51,902 nt of DNA from Methanobacteriota archaeon (GTDB taxonomy: Archaea; Thermoplasmatota; Poseidoniia; Poseidoniales; Poseidoniaceae), in assembly GCA_018623995.1 (NCBI GenBank), contig JAAZUV010000001.1, positions 1-51,902 of the forward strand, written 5' to 3'. This document shows positions 1 to 10,323 of this stretch, one piece after another. The translations under genes and the position numbers were made by a program. The notes under the pieces were generated by a model. The model was not told the DNA's origin and made no database searches. It saw nothing but the letters and a program-made list of their open reading frames with translations. Within the stretch, counting starts at the first letter, position 1; every line of letters begins with the position of its first letter.

Positions 1-88
1 ACCGCATCGACGCGTTTCTGCGTAGACACCGCAATGCCTGATGAACGACGGCGAAGTATTCATCATGAATAATCTCGGGGTGAGGTCC

Positions 89-3000
89 ATGCGGAAGGTA
101 TTCTTAGGCAGTGTCCTTGTTATCCTGGGACTCCTTCCGCAAGCTTCAGCCTCGGAGGTTGCACAGCCAACAGAATTTGATATTACCTATCTGTACCCTC
201 TGTTGTCCGCTTTGTTTGTTGCCGGATTGTTGTGGAAATTTTTCGTTCCACGACAACTTTCAGCGCTGCAAGTCGCATTTGAAATTGATGACAATCTCTA
301 CGAAGTACATCGATTGACACGAACCATTGACGATGCTCGGGAGATTCTACAACAAGGCCGTGTAGCCTTTGGTGTTGGACTCTACATGATGGGGATGCTC
401 GGTGTCCTCCTTTTGATTTCCGAGCTTATTTTCCAACCTGAGGTTTATTTCGAGCCGAACTTGTGGATTATTGGTTTGTTTGTCCTTCTTCCAATTCTTA
501 TCTCTCCTTGGGAAACCATGAACGCTCAACTGGCCGGTAAAGGGGATACGAGAATCGGTGCAACCTCGATTGGCGTTGGTGTTCGGCGTATTCTAACGCT
601 TTCCATACTTCTGTTTACTACCCTGATTGCGCTCTTTTATGGTATGAACCAAAACGATGGAAGAATCACTCCTGTCTGGTTAGCAATTACCATGTTGGTC
701 TTCATGGCACCAACGATCCTTGCGTACGGTCGCATCATGGGCGCCTCCTGGAACATGCTCCTCGTGAACAAGTGGAGAACAGCGAACGGTCGAAAGAATC
801 CAATCGATCCTGACAAGCCTTCATTTGTCAACCGATTGTTTTCCTTGCTCCTTGTCTTGTTTTTGATTACCATGCCAATTACGGCATTGAATGGAATTGT
901 GACCGTGTTTCATGTCCTCTACAACAGTCCAGACAACAGTGAAGATATCTTGAATTTTGGTGGAATCATTGGTCACTCCATCTATGTACGGATTGATCTT
1001 ATTTCCGAGTTTTTGTTCCATTGGGAATTCATTAAATCCATGCCTCAATTCCTGTCGTTCTATCTTTCGTTGAACATTGCGATTGTTGGTCTAGCGTTTA
1101 TTTTTGAACTTACAAGAAACTTGATTCTTGGTGGGCAGACATTCGGCGGAATGTTTGGTGTTACGCTTGATACACCGCGTGAAATTCGTACCGAAGAGGC
1201 TGCACAGGGGCGTCAAATTTCATTTGCATTTGCTGGATTTTCTGGTTATACTGTGCTCCTCCTCCTCCTCGTTTGTTACAAGGAATTCGGGGATCTCATG
1301 CCGTTTACTTCCGACTTGGAAAATCGAGGATTTAATGAAGAAATGCGATTGCTTGCTACATGGATGTTTATTGCAGTAGGAAACGCTGTTTTCCTCTTCA
1401 CTTGGTTGCTCTCAATTGCACGATTGTCGCCTCTTCGCCAGATTCGTTTTGATTTGGATCCAGAAGAGCGACGTGAAGGCGCGGTTATGTTGGCTGGTGG
1501 CGATTGGATGCGTGAATACATCGATAACGCTGCTCTGCAGGAGGATCTGGACGCCCTCATTCGTTTCCAAAAACAATCAATCGAAGGCGACCAATCCTTG
1601 GTTCGTCATGAAAAAGCACGAGCAAAGATGTGGTCTTGTGCCATTCGAGGATTGTGGCCAAAAGCCATCGAAGAAGCAAAGAAAGTTCTCGCTCAATCAG
1701 GTGGTGACGATGACGAGGCAAGGATGCTCATCGCTACGGGCTACATCGCGACTCGTCGATTGGATGCAGCTCGAGGTGCATTACGTGGCCTGCAACAACC
1801 TGAAGGATACGATGAGCCTGAACTTCTCGCATTCATCTGTGAATGGATTGATCCATGGCACGGTAGCGTTGATGAGGATGACTTGTGGGATTGGGAGAAC
1901 AACTCGACCATCGATCACCTGAATGAAAAGATGCGAATGCTTCGATATTGGTCCCCAACGTTTTCGAAGGAAGCCACTCAGCACAAGGACCGAATCTCTC
2001 TAGTCTCATCGATATCCAATGTTGCCACCCTACGCATGCAAAGGAAACACGAAGAAGCCTTGGAATTGGCTCTGGAATCTGTCAAGCAGGATCCGCTTGG
2101 TGTTCGACCTCGAATAGCTGCAGCATTGTGTCTGCTGGACCGAGGCGATTGGCATCAAGCCCTCTCAATTTACAAAGAACTGCGTGAAAGTGATGTTAAC
2201 GACCCTCGTGTCAAGGCACTCTCAGTCATACTCGGTCACGAAGCAGATGCGGAAGACATTGAGGTTTCATTGGTTCTTGAAAAAGGAAAGTCTTTGCGAC
2301 GATGGCTCGATGATGCTCCAGTCAACCCAGTAGCAGGTTTAGCAACGAAAGGTGGAATTGATGAAGCCATCAATGCCAATGTTATGATCGTCAACCACGA
2401 AGCCGTTCGTAGAGGGATGACACCACGTTATTCATCATCGCTTATTCATCGAATTGTCCAATTCTTCCTGCTCCCTATGATTTTCATTGTTGCAGGCATT
2501 GGCTTGGATTCTGTTTATGGAGCTGCCGAAGGTGCCGTTGCAACTGTAACGTTGTTCATCCTTCAATTTGGAATGCACCGTTTCAATCGACAGCAACGTA
2601 AACAAATCAAGCACCGGGATCAACGGTCCTTGGTTCAATATGCAAAAATGATGAAACGTTCGAAGGTTAAACCAAGTCGAGACAACATTCCGGTAGGTAC
2701 CCATCTTTTGCTGTCCGGTATCCTTGTTACAGTCAATGGTGTCGTTTTGGACATTGGTCTTCCTGGTTGGTTGACGGAACGATTGCCTAAGGATTCCGAT
2801 AAGACGATTCGATCACGATTGAAGCGCAATGCGCTTTCAATCTCAAAAAACAGACCAGGTAAACTTTCCATTCTTTCATCAGGCTGGTGGCTGAAGAGGC
2901 CAAAAGAAGAAGATTCGGACACGCCTGCTCTTGAACGATTGATCGGTCCCGTTGCCTATCGAGGCCGGCAAGCAATGGTCCAGAAAAAGACCACAGCACT

Positions 3001-3136
3001 CAACCGCTCTACGAGCCTTGGTCCGAGTCGAACGCCTGTTTCAGACCTGAATCTCTCCGACCGTAATGTTCCGACACATACCATCGCAAGCGAACGCTCC
3101 ACATACTCTGGTCCAAGAAGGCCAAGTCAGCGTTGA
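89..3136 (+). CDS. Large polytopic membrane protein with a central TPR-like soluble region; function unknown
   Basis: ORF-track frame 41..3136. I place the start at ATG 89 (MRKVFLGSVLVILGLLPQASA, signal-like, GAGGT just upstream). Many hydrophobic segments in aa ~100-480 and ~800-900, a helical-repeat soluble middle, and a basic Ser/Arg-rich tail. No family recognised. Confidence 0.6.
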   Translation: MRKVFLGSVLVILGLLPQASASEVAQPTEFDITYLYPLLSALFVAGLLWKFFVPRQLSALQVAFEIDDNLYEVHRLTRTIDDAREILQQGRVAFGVGLYMMGMLGVLLLISELIFQPEVYFEPNLWIIGLFVLLPILISPWETMNAQLAGKGDTRIGATSIGVGVRRILTLSILLFTTLIALFYGMNQNDGRITPVWLAITMLVFMAPTILAYGRIMGASWNMLLVNKWRTANGRKNPIDPDKPSFVNRLFSLLLVLFLITMPITALNGIVTVFHVLYNSPDNSEDILNFGGIIGHSIYVRIDLISEFLFHWEFIKSMPQFLSFYLSLNIAIVGLAFIFELTRNLILGGQTFGGMFGVTLDTPREIRTEEAAQGRQISFAFAGFSGYTVLLLLLVCYKEFGDLMPFTSDLENRGFNEEMRLLATWMFIAVGNAVFLFTWLLSIARLSPLRQIRFDLDPEERREGAVMLAGGDWMREYIDNAALQEDLDALIRFQKQSIEGDQSLVRHEKARAKMWSCAIRGLWPKAIEEAKKVLAQSGGDDDEARMLIATGYIATRRLDAARGALRGLQQPEGYDEPELLAFICEWIDPWHGSVDEDDLWDWENNSTIDHLNEKMRMLRYWSPTFSKEATQHKDRISLVSSISNVATLRMQRKHEEALELALESVKQDPLGVRPRIAAALCLLDRGDWHQALSIYKELRESDVNDPRVKALSVILGHEADAEDIEVSLVLEKGKSLRRWLDDAPVNPVAGLATKGGIDEAINANVMIVNHEAVRRGMTPRYSSSLIHRIVQFFLLPMIFIVAGIGLDSVYGAAEGAVATVTLFILQFGMHRFNRQQRKQIKHRDQRSLVQYAKMMKRSKVKPSRDNIPVGTHLLLSGILVTVNGVVLDIGLPGWLTERLPKDSDKTIRSRLKRNALSISKNRPGKLSILSSGWWLKRPKEEDSDTPALERLIGPVAYRGRQAMVQKKTTALNRSTSLGPSRTPVSDLNLSDRNVPTHTIASERSTYSGPRRPSQR

Positions 3137-3189
3137 ACTCTTGTTGGTCGCTTCACAGGATTCATGAACCTCGTTGCCCAGCGTCCTGC

Positions 3190-4482
3190 ATGGGAAATCT
3201 CTCTCCTCGTGATTCGGTGAACGCAGTCCTCGATGCATCTGCGAAAAGTGCACGATTGTACGGCCACGGCCTCGGTATGATTGCCTCTGAAAACATCATT
3301 TCACCCAATGTTAAACGGGCAATTAATTCCGATCTTCACGGGAGATATGCAGAAGGTTTGCCCGGTAAGAGGTATTATCAAGGCTGTGATGATTTCGACA
3401 CAATCGAGGATATTGGAATCAATCTAGCAAAAAAGGTCTTTCAAGCAAACTTTGCTAACATTCAATCAACCTCTGGCACCGTTTCAAACATTGGTGCCCT
3501 GAAAGCTCTTGCAAAACCTGGTGATGCAATCACCGCCGTCTCAACCGCCGATGGGGGACACATTTCCCATGCTCGAATGGGTGCTGTAGGATTGCGTGAT
3601 CTCAATGTTTCCACGTATCCATGGGACGAGGATAGGATGGAACCCGATGTCGATGCTTCTTGTGCTCTCATTCGAGAGGTACAGCCCCGAATTACTCTGG
3701 TAGGACAATCGGTGTTCCTGTTCCCTACACCGTTGAAAGAACTCGCTGATGCAGCGCATGAGGTCGGATCAACAGTGATGTACGATGGTGCGCATGTTCT
3801 CGGACTTATTGCTGGTGGAGTCTTCCAAGATCCGTTGCGTGAAGGTGCTGATATCATGACGGGTTCGTCACACAAAACCTTCCCTGGCCCTCAAGGAGGA
3901 TTTCTGCTATCATCAAGCGAAGACGCGTCGTTCCATCGACGCCTCAACAATGCCATGTTCCCTGGTGTTTGCTCTTCTTACCATTTGCATCACGTTGCAG
4001 GAAAAGTCGTTGCACTTGCTGAATTTGAGGCGTTTGGTCAAGCCTATGCCAGTGATATTGTCCGTAATGCAAAAGCCTTCGCTGAGTCACTCGCTGCAGA
4101 AGGGTTTGATGTTCTCGCCGAGTCAAGAGGCTATACGGCATCGCATCAGGTTCTCACACGCCACGGCGAAACTGATTCAGGTGCAGGTGCGATCGCTGCA
4201 CGTAAACTCGAGGATGCTGGCATAATTACAAACATGAACATGCTCCCTGGAGATACAAAGGCAATGTCCCCATCTGGACTACGCCTCGGCGTTCAAGAAT
4301 TGACACGTGTCGGCATGGGCGTCAATGAAATGGCGGAAGTTGCATCACTCTATGCACGAGTCTTGCTGAAGCAGGAAGCACCTGAGCAGGTCCGTCATGA
4401 TGTTCAGCACTTGAAATCCGATTTCCAACATGTCCAATACTGCTTTGATTCCGAATCGATCCCTGCTTACGAAGGGATGTGA
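3190..4482 (+). CDS. glyA: Serine hydroxymethyltransferase
   Basis: Motifs MIASENIISPNV, GLPGKRYYQGC, and PLP-lysine motif GSSHKTFPGPQGG. The ORF-track start 3133 is a TTG overlapping the upstream stop; the first ATG is 3190. Confidence 0.9.
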   Translation: MGNLSPRDSVNAVLDASAKSARLYGHGLGMIASENIISPNVKRAINSDLHGRYAEGLPGKRYYQGCDDFDTIEDIGINLAKKVFQANFANIQSTSGTVSNIGALKALAKPGDAITAVSTADGGHISHARMGAVGLRDLNVSTYPWDEDRMEPDVDASCALIREVQPRITLVGQSVFLFPTPLKELADAAHEVGSTVMYDGAHVLGLIAGGVFQDPLREGADIMTGSSHKTFPGPQGGFLLSSSEDASFHRRLNNAMFPGVCSSYHLHHVAGKVVALAEFEAFGQAYASDIVRNAKAFAESLAAEGFDVLAESRGYTASHQVLTRHGETDSGAGAIAARKLEDAGIITNMNMLPGDTKAMSPSGLRLGVQELTRVGMGVNEMAEVASLYARVLLKQEAPEQVRHDVQHLKSDFQHVQYCFDSESIPAYEGM

Positions 4483-5498
4483 GGTTCATCGAACCAACCG
4501 TTTCGTTGGGCATCGTTCCAAAACGTGGCCAACTTATCCATCCATTGTTCGGTGAAGTCCTTCTTTGGAGACAACACGAATTCCATTCGTGGTGGAATCA
4601 GTTTGAAGCCATCATCGATCATCCGTTAAGCCGCACATTCATCAACGGCGTTGTTGATTCTTTGGAGTTCAAGAACACGATGCCTAGAATTGGTGGATTG
4701 TTTCGGAAAAAGAAGTTCAAGAAAGAATCCAATCACATTGGGGGCCAACTCGGTTGGGGTGCCTTTCAACTTGAGAACCAAAACGTCGTCCAAAGTGCTC
4801 ATCCATTGCTTTCTGTTGCATTAGGACAGTACCTCCTAGAAGTGTATCATGAACAGCGATTCAAGGTGAGATGGGTTGAGCCAAGGCCACAAACCGTACA
4901 GCTTGAAATCGAAGCATCCCCTGAATTACCTCATCCAAAGCCTGTCGAATCTTTGCCTTGGTCCATCGACGGTGAGGTGAAAATTACAGACTCATCCTTG
5001 ATGCTTGACCAACACTCCATGAATGAATTGAAGTTTGAGGGTGAGCGTGTCGTCTTGATTCCAATCGAATCGATGGAACGGTTTCTTCTTGGGTGTCTTC
5101 CCTATGTCCCACAACAGGATGTGAAATGGTTCGATGTAAACTCCTGCGAATTTGATACGCTCGAAAACCTCCTAAGAGCAATTATTCAATCAATTTCTGA
5201 CATGTTTCTCAAAAGTGAACAACCCGTCTACATTATCGAAGAATCGAGTTGGATCGCATACATCGAGAATTACATCTGCGAGCGTGGATGGGGCGATGCA
5301 CACGTTACGAACTACGACACATCGGACTATACTTTAGAATTAACAATACCCATGCAAAGTCAACTTCCATTCACGATTGGATTGTTGTGTGGAATGTGGG
5401 AACGTGCTCATGGGCGAGCCTATCAATTATTGCTAAGAATGGAAAATGATACTTTTACCGCCAAAATCCAATCTTTGCTTGATTATGAAAATCAGTGA
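4479..5498 (+). CDS. Hypothetical protein; two halves each loosely resembling a V4R-type small-molecule-binding domain
   Basis: GTG start overlaps the glyA stop (GTGA). Two GWG-containing segments (GGQLGWGAFQLEN.., ICERGWGDAHVTNY..GLLCGMWERAHG) resemble the V4R consensus as I recall it. The domain call is weak. Confidence 0.5.
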   Translation: MRFIEPTVSLGIVPKRGQLIHPLFGEVLLWRQHEFHSWWNQFEAIIDHPLSRTFINGVVDSLEFKNTMPRIGGLFRKKKFKKESNHIGGQLGWGAFQLENQNVVQSAHPLLSVALGQYLLEVYHEQRFKVRWVEPRPQTVQLEIEASPELPHPKPVESLPWSIDGEVKITDSSLMLDQHSMNELKFEGERVVLIPIESMERFLLGCLPYVPQQDVKWFDVNSCEFDTLENLLRAIIQSISDMFLKSEQPVYIIEESSWIAYIENYICERGWGDAHVTNYDTSDYTLELTIPMQSQLPFTIGLLCGMWERAHGRAYQLLLRMENDTFTAKIQSLLDYENQ

Positions 5499-5519
5499 TT
5501 GTCTCCGTATTTGCTTTCA

Positions 5520-5526
5520 TTTTTTT
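5520..5526 (+). terminator. Oligo-T tract (T7), candidate archaeal intrinsic terminator
   Basis: T7 run 22 nt after the stop at 5498, in one of the few real intergenic gaps, ahead of the next gene at 5600. Confidence 0.3.
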
Positions 5527-5599
5527 GAGCAAACAAGGTCAAGGTTCATAACCGAACCATGTCGTCGTGAGAGTAGTCAAGAAGCGGAGGCTACATCCT

Positions 5600-8500
5600 A
5601 TGTCACTTAATCACAACCAAATGGCGTACGCAGCAATCATCTCAACCCTCATTTTTGGATCCCTCTTTGTGGGTATCAGTGGGTTCTATCAAACATCATC
5701 GGGCGTTGGTGATTTTGACAGCGCTGCTGAAGAAGAGATTACACCTCAAATCGAAATTTCATCCGGTGATGCAATTGACACCGATGGAGATGGCTTGCCT
5801 GATGTTTTGGAAGAGTCTCAATACGGTACGCTGAAAGACGATCCTGACACCGACAATGACGGTATGAGTGATGGTTGGGAAGTCGCTCATGGCCTTAATC
5901 CACTTGACAGTGGTGAAGCTGAAGAAGCTGAGGAAGAGTCTGGTTCCACAAACCAAGCTGATGGTGCAGAAGTAAGCAACGAAAGCGATTCGTGGCCTGA
6001 CCCAACCCAAGGAAAGTACGGTGACCCTGACAACGATGGTCTCACCAACGAGCAAGAAGCTGAATTGGGAACTGATCCTCAGCGAGCAGACACAGACAAC
6101 GATGGTTTGAACGACCGTTGGGAATCGATTTACACCATGAACGTCTCATCACCAGACGGAACGGTAACATTGTTCAATCCTCTGTCCGGAAACTGGGATT
6201 GTTCACTTCTCAACGGCCCACTCGAGCAAACACTTGCAGACATCCTTGAAGGATTTGAGGGTGCGCCAAGTTGGGAAGAATTGGAAAGCCCACTCGGCCG
6301 TCACTCCTGTGACCAAGTACTTGATTTCGATGACGATGGGCTGTTGAACTTCCAAGAGGAAGCATACGGAACCAACCCTGCTGCAAAGGATTCAGACAAC
6401 GATATGCTCCCTGACATTCTCGAAGTCAACAACGCCAACATGATTCTTGATTTCCAACTTGGTTCGAACTGTGGTGAACCTGTCATTACACCTCCTTCAC
6501 AACGTCTTCCAACCGCTGCTCCATTTGCCGATGAAGTGAGTGCATCGTGGTTTTTGTCGGACATGGATGGAGATGGCTATCTCAACGGGCCAAGTGACTG
6601 GGATACCGATGGTGACGGAATGCCAGACGGATTCGAGTATTGTTTCTCATTCAAGGACAACCATCCATTCGGCGTCTCAAACCCACAGAAAGCCGTTTCA
6701 GAACTGCTCAGCCCGTCCAATGCATCGGACGGATACAACGACTGGGATGAAGACGGTCTCAACAATCTTGAGGAGTATCAAGTTGCCCTCAAATTCGATC
6801 TCGTAAACGGGCTCCCATCCTTCACATCACCTTGGACTGAAGATACAGACCAAGACGGGATGCCTGATGGTTGGGAAGCGAGCCAATACAACCGGACGAC
6901 ACTTGAGTATCCTCTTAACCCACGGAACGCAAGCAACGCAAACGATGACATCGATTTCGATGGATGGGATTCAGATGGTGATGGTGACGTTGTCTTTGAT
7001 GACCTCGAACTAACGACAACTGTTGTCGATGTTTATGTTGAGAAAGGTGATTATGTCACAGCAAACTCAACCGTTGCACGAGGCCAATACACACTCGGCG
7101 GTGGTAACAAGCAAACCGTCTATCTCGTGGCTCCTGTTGATGGATACGTATACCATATCAACGTAGCACCCGGTGATCAGGTAGAATCCCGATTGTTTGT
7201 TTGGATGAACGTTGTGGAAGAATCCGAACGATTCACCAACTTGATGGAATATGAGGCTCGATTTGATGAAAACGGCAATGCTGTTGGTCGCTCAACAGAC
7301 CCAACACATGGAGACACGGATCTCGACGGTCTCCTCGACGGAATCGAAGTCGGTGGCTGGGAGATTCTGGTTGTCAACCGAGGCGTGCAATTGACGTGGG
7401 TTGTTTCGGATCCAGGACTTGCTGATACTGATTCGGATGGCCTTTCGGACTTTGTTGAGTTCTCCTCGGCCTGCGATGGTCAAGGATCCAACGCTTCCAA
7501 CGTTGATACAGATGGTGACGGTGAAAGTGATCAGCAAGAAGCTGTACTCGGCTACATTTTCGAAGGTGAACAATACTTTACCTCGGCTTGTATGTTTGAC
7601 ACCGACAACGATGGACTTGAAGACGGAGAGGAGGTTATCGCTGGTGCAGATAACTTCGTGACGCATGCCAACAACTCGGATACGGATGACGACGGTCTAA
7701 TCGATGGCAATGAAATTCTGTTTGTTCCACGACCGTTCCAATACGAAACCAATCCACTGATCAACGACACGGATGCTGACGGAATGCTTGATGGATGGGA
7801 AATGCAAGTCAAGTCCACAGAAGAGAACACCAATTCCCACTCTCTATGGGTTGCAATCTCAAATTGGGATCGACCCGGATGCACCGAGAGTACATCCAAC
7901 AGTTGTCTAATGGAACCTGGGGGCTATGTTTGGATCAATTGGCTCGGTGGCTTTGAGTTGCAGAAGAAGTACGAGGTTCATGAAATGAATCTCTCAGGAT
8001 TTGACATGCCCGGCAACCCTCTCTGCGATGGATGCAAAGGGCGTTGGGCTCTTGACCCTTCTCTCAATTCGTTGAAGGATGATACATACGATATTGACAA
8101 CGATACGCTGCCGAATGGTGCTGAATCTCCTACAAACTGGAATACAAACCCAGTCGACGATGATACTGATGGTGACAAACTCCCGGATGGTTGGGAAGTG
8201 CAATACTCGTACGAAGCAATCAACAATAATCTCGTTGATAATGCGACCATCAATGCATACGGCGCTCGTGGTGTAATGGACCCTTCAATGGCAGACAGTG
8301 ACCTTGACGGAATCAATGATGGAGAGGAAGACCCAGATCAGGATGGTCTCAACCGTACAGGTCTGATTAGGAAATACTGCCCAGGTTACAATGATTCAAC
8401 CAATGCTGAGTGCAACATTGACCCTGATACACCTGATGGAATGAAGTTCTACAACAACCTCGAGAACTACACCAACTATGAGGAATTGCAAAACGGTACA

Positions 8501-8761
8501 AACCCAGTAAGCAACGACACAGATGGTGACGCTTGGGAAGACGGCCCAGAAGTGTATTACATGGATCACGATGATGATGGAATGGCTACCGGTTGGGAGT
8601 ATCACTTTGAATTTGACCCATTTGATGGGGCAGACCGGCTTGTGGATAGTGATGGCGACGGCCACACAAATTACTGTGAGTTCAAGTGGGATACTAACCC
8701 ACGAAACCCAGTCAGTTTCCCTGGTCAAGGTGAATTGTGCGATCCGTTTGAAGGTCAGTGA
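5600..8761 (+). CDS. Secreted/anchored calcium-binding protein rich in bacterial-type thrombospondin type-3 (TSP3) repeats
   Basis: More than 15 repeats of the DTDxDGxxDGWE..G.NP type (DTDNDGMSDGWEVAHGLNPLD, DTDQDGMPDGWEASQ, DTDADGMLDGWEMQ ...). N-terminal hydrophobic anchor MSLNHNQMAYAAIISTLIFGSLFVGISGF. The ORF-track start 5567 is GTG; the first ATG is 5600. Confidence 0.8.
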   Translation: MSLNHNQMAYAAIISTLIFGSLFVGISGFYQTSSGVGDFDSAAEEEITPQIEISSGDAIDTDGDGLPDVLEESQYGTLKDDPDTDNDGMSDGWEVAHGLNPLDSGEAEEAEEESGSTNQADGAEVSNESDSWPDPTQGKYGDPDNDGLTNEQEAELGTDPQRADTDNDGLNDRWESIYTMNVSSPDGTVTLFNPLSGNWDCSLLNGPLEQTLADILEGFEGAPSWEELESPLGRHSCDQVLDFDDDGLLNFQEEAYGTNPAAKDSDNDMLPDILEVNNANMILDFQLGSNCGEPVITPPSQRLPTAAPFADEVSASWFLSDMDGDGYLNGPSDWDTDGDGMPDGFEYCFSFKDNHPFGVSNPQKAVSELLSPSNASDGYNDWDEDGLNNLEEYQVALKFDLVNGLPSFTSPWTEDTDQDGMPDGWEASQYNRTTLEYPLNPRNASNANDDIDFDGWDSDGDGDVVFDDLELTTTVVDVYVEKGDYVTANSTVARGQYTLGGGNKQTVYLVAPVDGYVYHINVAPGDQVESRLFVWMNVVEESERFTNLMEYEARFDENGNAVGRSTDPTHGDTDLDGLLDGIEVGGWEILVVNRGVQLTWVVSDPGLADTDSDGLSDFVEFSSACDGQGSNASNVDTDGDGESDQQEAVLGYIFEGEQYFTSACMFDTDNDGLEDGEEVIAGADNFVTHANNSDTDDDGLIDGNEILFVPRPFQYETNPLINDTDADGMLDGWEMQVKSTEENTNSHSLWVAISNWDRPGCTESTSNSCLMEPGGYVWINWLGGFELQKKYEVHEMNLSGFDMPGNPLCDGCKGRWALDPSLNSLKDDTYDIDNDTLPNGAESPTNWNTNPVDDDTDGDKLPDGWEVQYSYEAINNNLVDNATINAYGARGVMDPSMADSDLDGINDGEEDPDQDGLNRTGLIRKYCPGYNDSTNAECNIDPDTPDGMKFYNNLENYTNYEELQNGTNPVSNDTDGDAWEDGPEVYYMDHDDDGMATGWEYHFEFDPFDGADRLVDSDGDGHTNYCEFKWDTNPRNPVSFPGQGELCDPFEGQ

Positions 8762-8764
8762 AGT

Positions 8765-10294
8765 ATGTTGAGAAGGACCAAAACAGCTCATTTGCTCGTT
8801 TTGTGTTTGATGTTCAACGTCGTATCCTTCGCAGGGACTGCAACCAATACAGCAACGGAACCAGAGATTTCATTCGACCAAGTCGATGGAATGCATGCTG
8901 CTTCAAACCTGAATCTGTCTGGTGACTCAACTGTTCCTCTTACTTCAGTAGAGATTACTGTTTGGAATATTTCCCAACCTGACCAATGGGATCTCATTGC
9001 TTCAAGCCCTTACCTTGACCGAGTCGTTCCCTATACTGATTCAGTTACTGAACTGACAAGGTGGTCATGGGAACATGCTTTCAGTCTGGACTCAATAGAT
9101 TGCACTTGTTACATCGAAATATCGTTGCTTGAGCAGACAGATTTGATTTCATTTGGTTTGATTGCATACATTGGCGATGAGCACCATCGCCCAGTATTGA
9201 AGCATGCTTTGGACACCAGTAGCAGCCAAATGTATTCAACGAAGATATTCAATGACAATTCACTTGATTTGTCATTCAGTTTTTTGCTGCCTCCGTTCCA
9301 AATTGAGTCGTTCGATGAAAACGAACAGATTCTCTCAAACGTTCGGATTTGTCCTGCACCATTTGGCATCTGTTCGGAATCCTACAAAAGTCTCCACAGC
9401 ACAGATGTAACATTCGACAAGATACTTTCAATCGAGGTTGATGCCGATGCACAATCGATTCAAGATGGGTATTATCTCTTGCAGGTACAGATTCAAGATC
9501 TTTATCTCACATTATCGAACAACATCACACAGTTTGTTGTTGTTGATCAATCCAAACCTGTTGTGAACCTCTCGGCTATCGATGAGGTCATTGAATCTCA
9601 ACCAATCTTGGTTGATATCGATGTAGATGACGGATACGAAGGATCAGCGTATACCATCACGTGGAGCATCACAGAACCAGACGGTACGCCCCGTGCTGTT
9701 TTGGAATCAGAGATCCTTGAGGACAATCGTTTGCACTTCGAACCGACAAAGGCAGGAGTATACCGTGTCAATGCCTTGGTTCGTGATATTGGTGGTCATT
9801 TGGTGACAGTAAATCATAACGTGAGTGTCAGAAATGTCGGTCCGATGATCGAAATCCGATTCGATGGGTTCCTTGTAGAAAACGATTCAATCGTTACAAT
9901 TCCATCTTCTGGCAACTGGACATTTAGTGCGAATGAAACAATGGACACATCCAACGATCAAGATACCCTCGAATACACGTGGTTCGTCGATGGAAAAACA
10001 CTCTTCAGCGGTAAATCCTTCCTCGCATCTGAAGACCTTCAACAAACCAATTATCGGGAAATAAGGGTACAAGTTACGGATGATGATGGACAATCCTCTG
10101 AATTGTTCTTCCAAGTTGTCCAACAAGAGGATCTCGATTCTGAATCGAATTCTGGTTCGATTCTCGCATCGACAGTTTCACTTCTCTTCGTATTCTCTAT
10201 TGCTTTACTTGTTTACATACGTCAACGCAATCAATCCGAATCAAACACGGGCTTTGCAAAATGGACTGAACGGGCCAAAGAGCCAAAGAATTGA
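8765..10294 (+). CDS. Secreted protein with PKD/Ig-like domains and a C-terminal transmembrane anchor
   Basis: Signal peptide MLRRTKTAHLLVLCLMFNVVSFAG. PKD-like segment LEYTWFVDGKTLFSGKSF..IRVQVTDDDGQSSE. C-terminal TM ILASTVSLLFVFSIALLVYI followed by RQRNQ. Starts 4 nt after the previous stop. Confidence 0.75.
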   Translation: MLRRTKTAHLLVLCLMFNVVSFAGTATNTATEPEISFDQVDGMHAASNLNLSGDSTVPLTSVEITVWNISQPDQWDLIASSPYLDRVVPYTDSVTELTRWSWEHAFSLDSIDCTCYIEISLLEQTDLISFGLIAYIGDEHHRPVLKHALDTSSSQMYSTKIFNDNSLDLSFSFLLPPFQIESFDENEQILSNVRICPAPFGICSESYKSLHSTDVTFDKILSIEVDADAQSIQDGYYLLQVQIQDLYLTLSNNITQFVVVDQSKPVVNLSAIDEVIESQPILVDIDVDDGYEGSAYTITWSITEPDGTPRAVLESEILEDNRLHFEPTKAGVYRVNALVRDIGGHLVTVNHNVSVRNVGPMIEIRFDGFLVENDSIVTIPSSGNWTFSANETMDTSNDQDTLEYTWFVDGKTLFSGKSFLASEDLQQTNYREIRVQVTDDDGQSSELFFQVVQQEDLDSESNSGSILASTVSLLFVFSIALLVYIRQRNQSESNTGFAKWTERAKEPKN

Positions 10295-10323
10295 TTAAAG
10301 AACTGTGACGTTTGGATGATATT

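Noticed and set aside
5750-8700. Periodic DNA repeats that might suggest a tandem repeat or CRISPR-like array (also 14500..15220)
   Set aside because: The periodicity is at the protein level (TSP3 calcium-binding repeats) within long intact ORFs. The repeats are imperfect at the nucleotide level and there is no repeat-spacer organisation.
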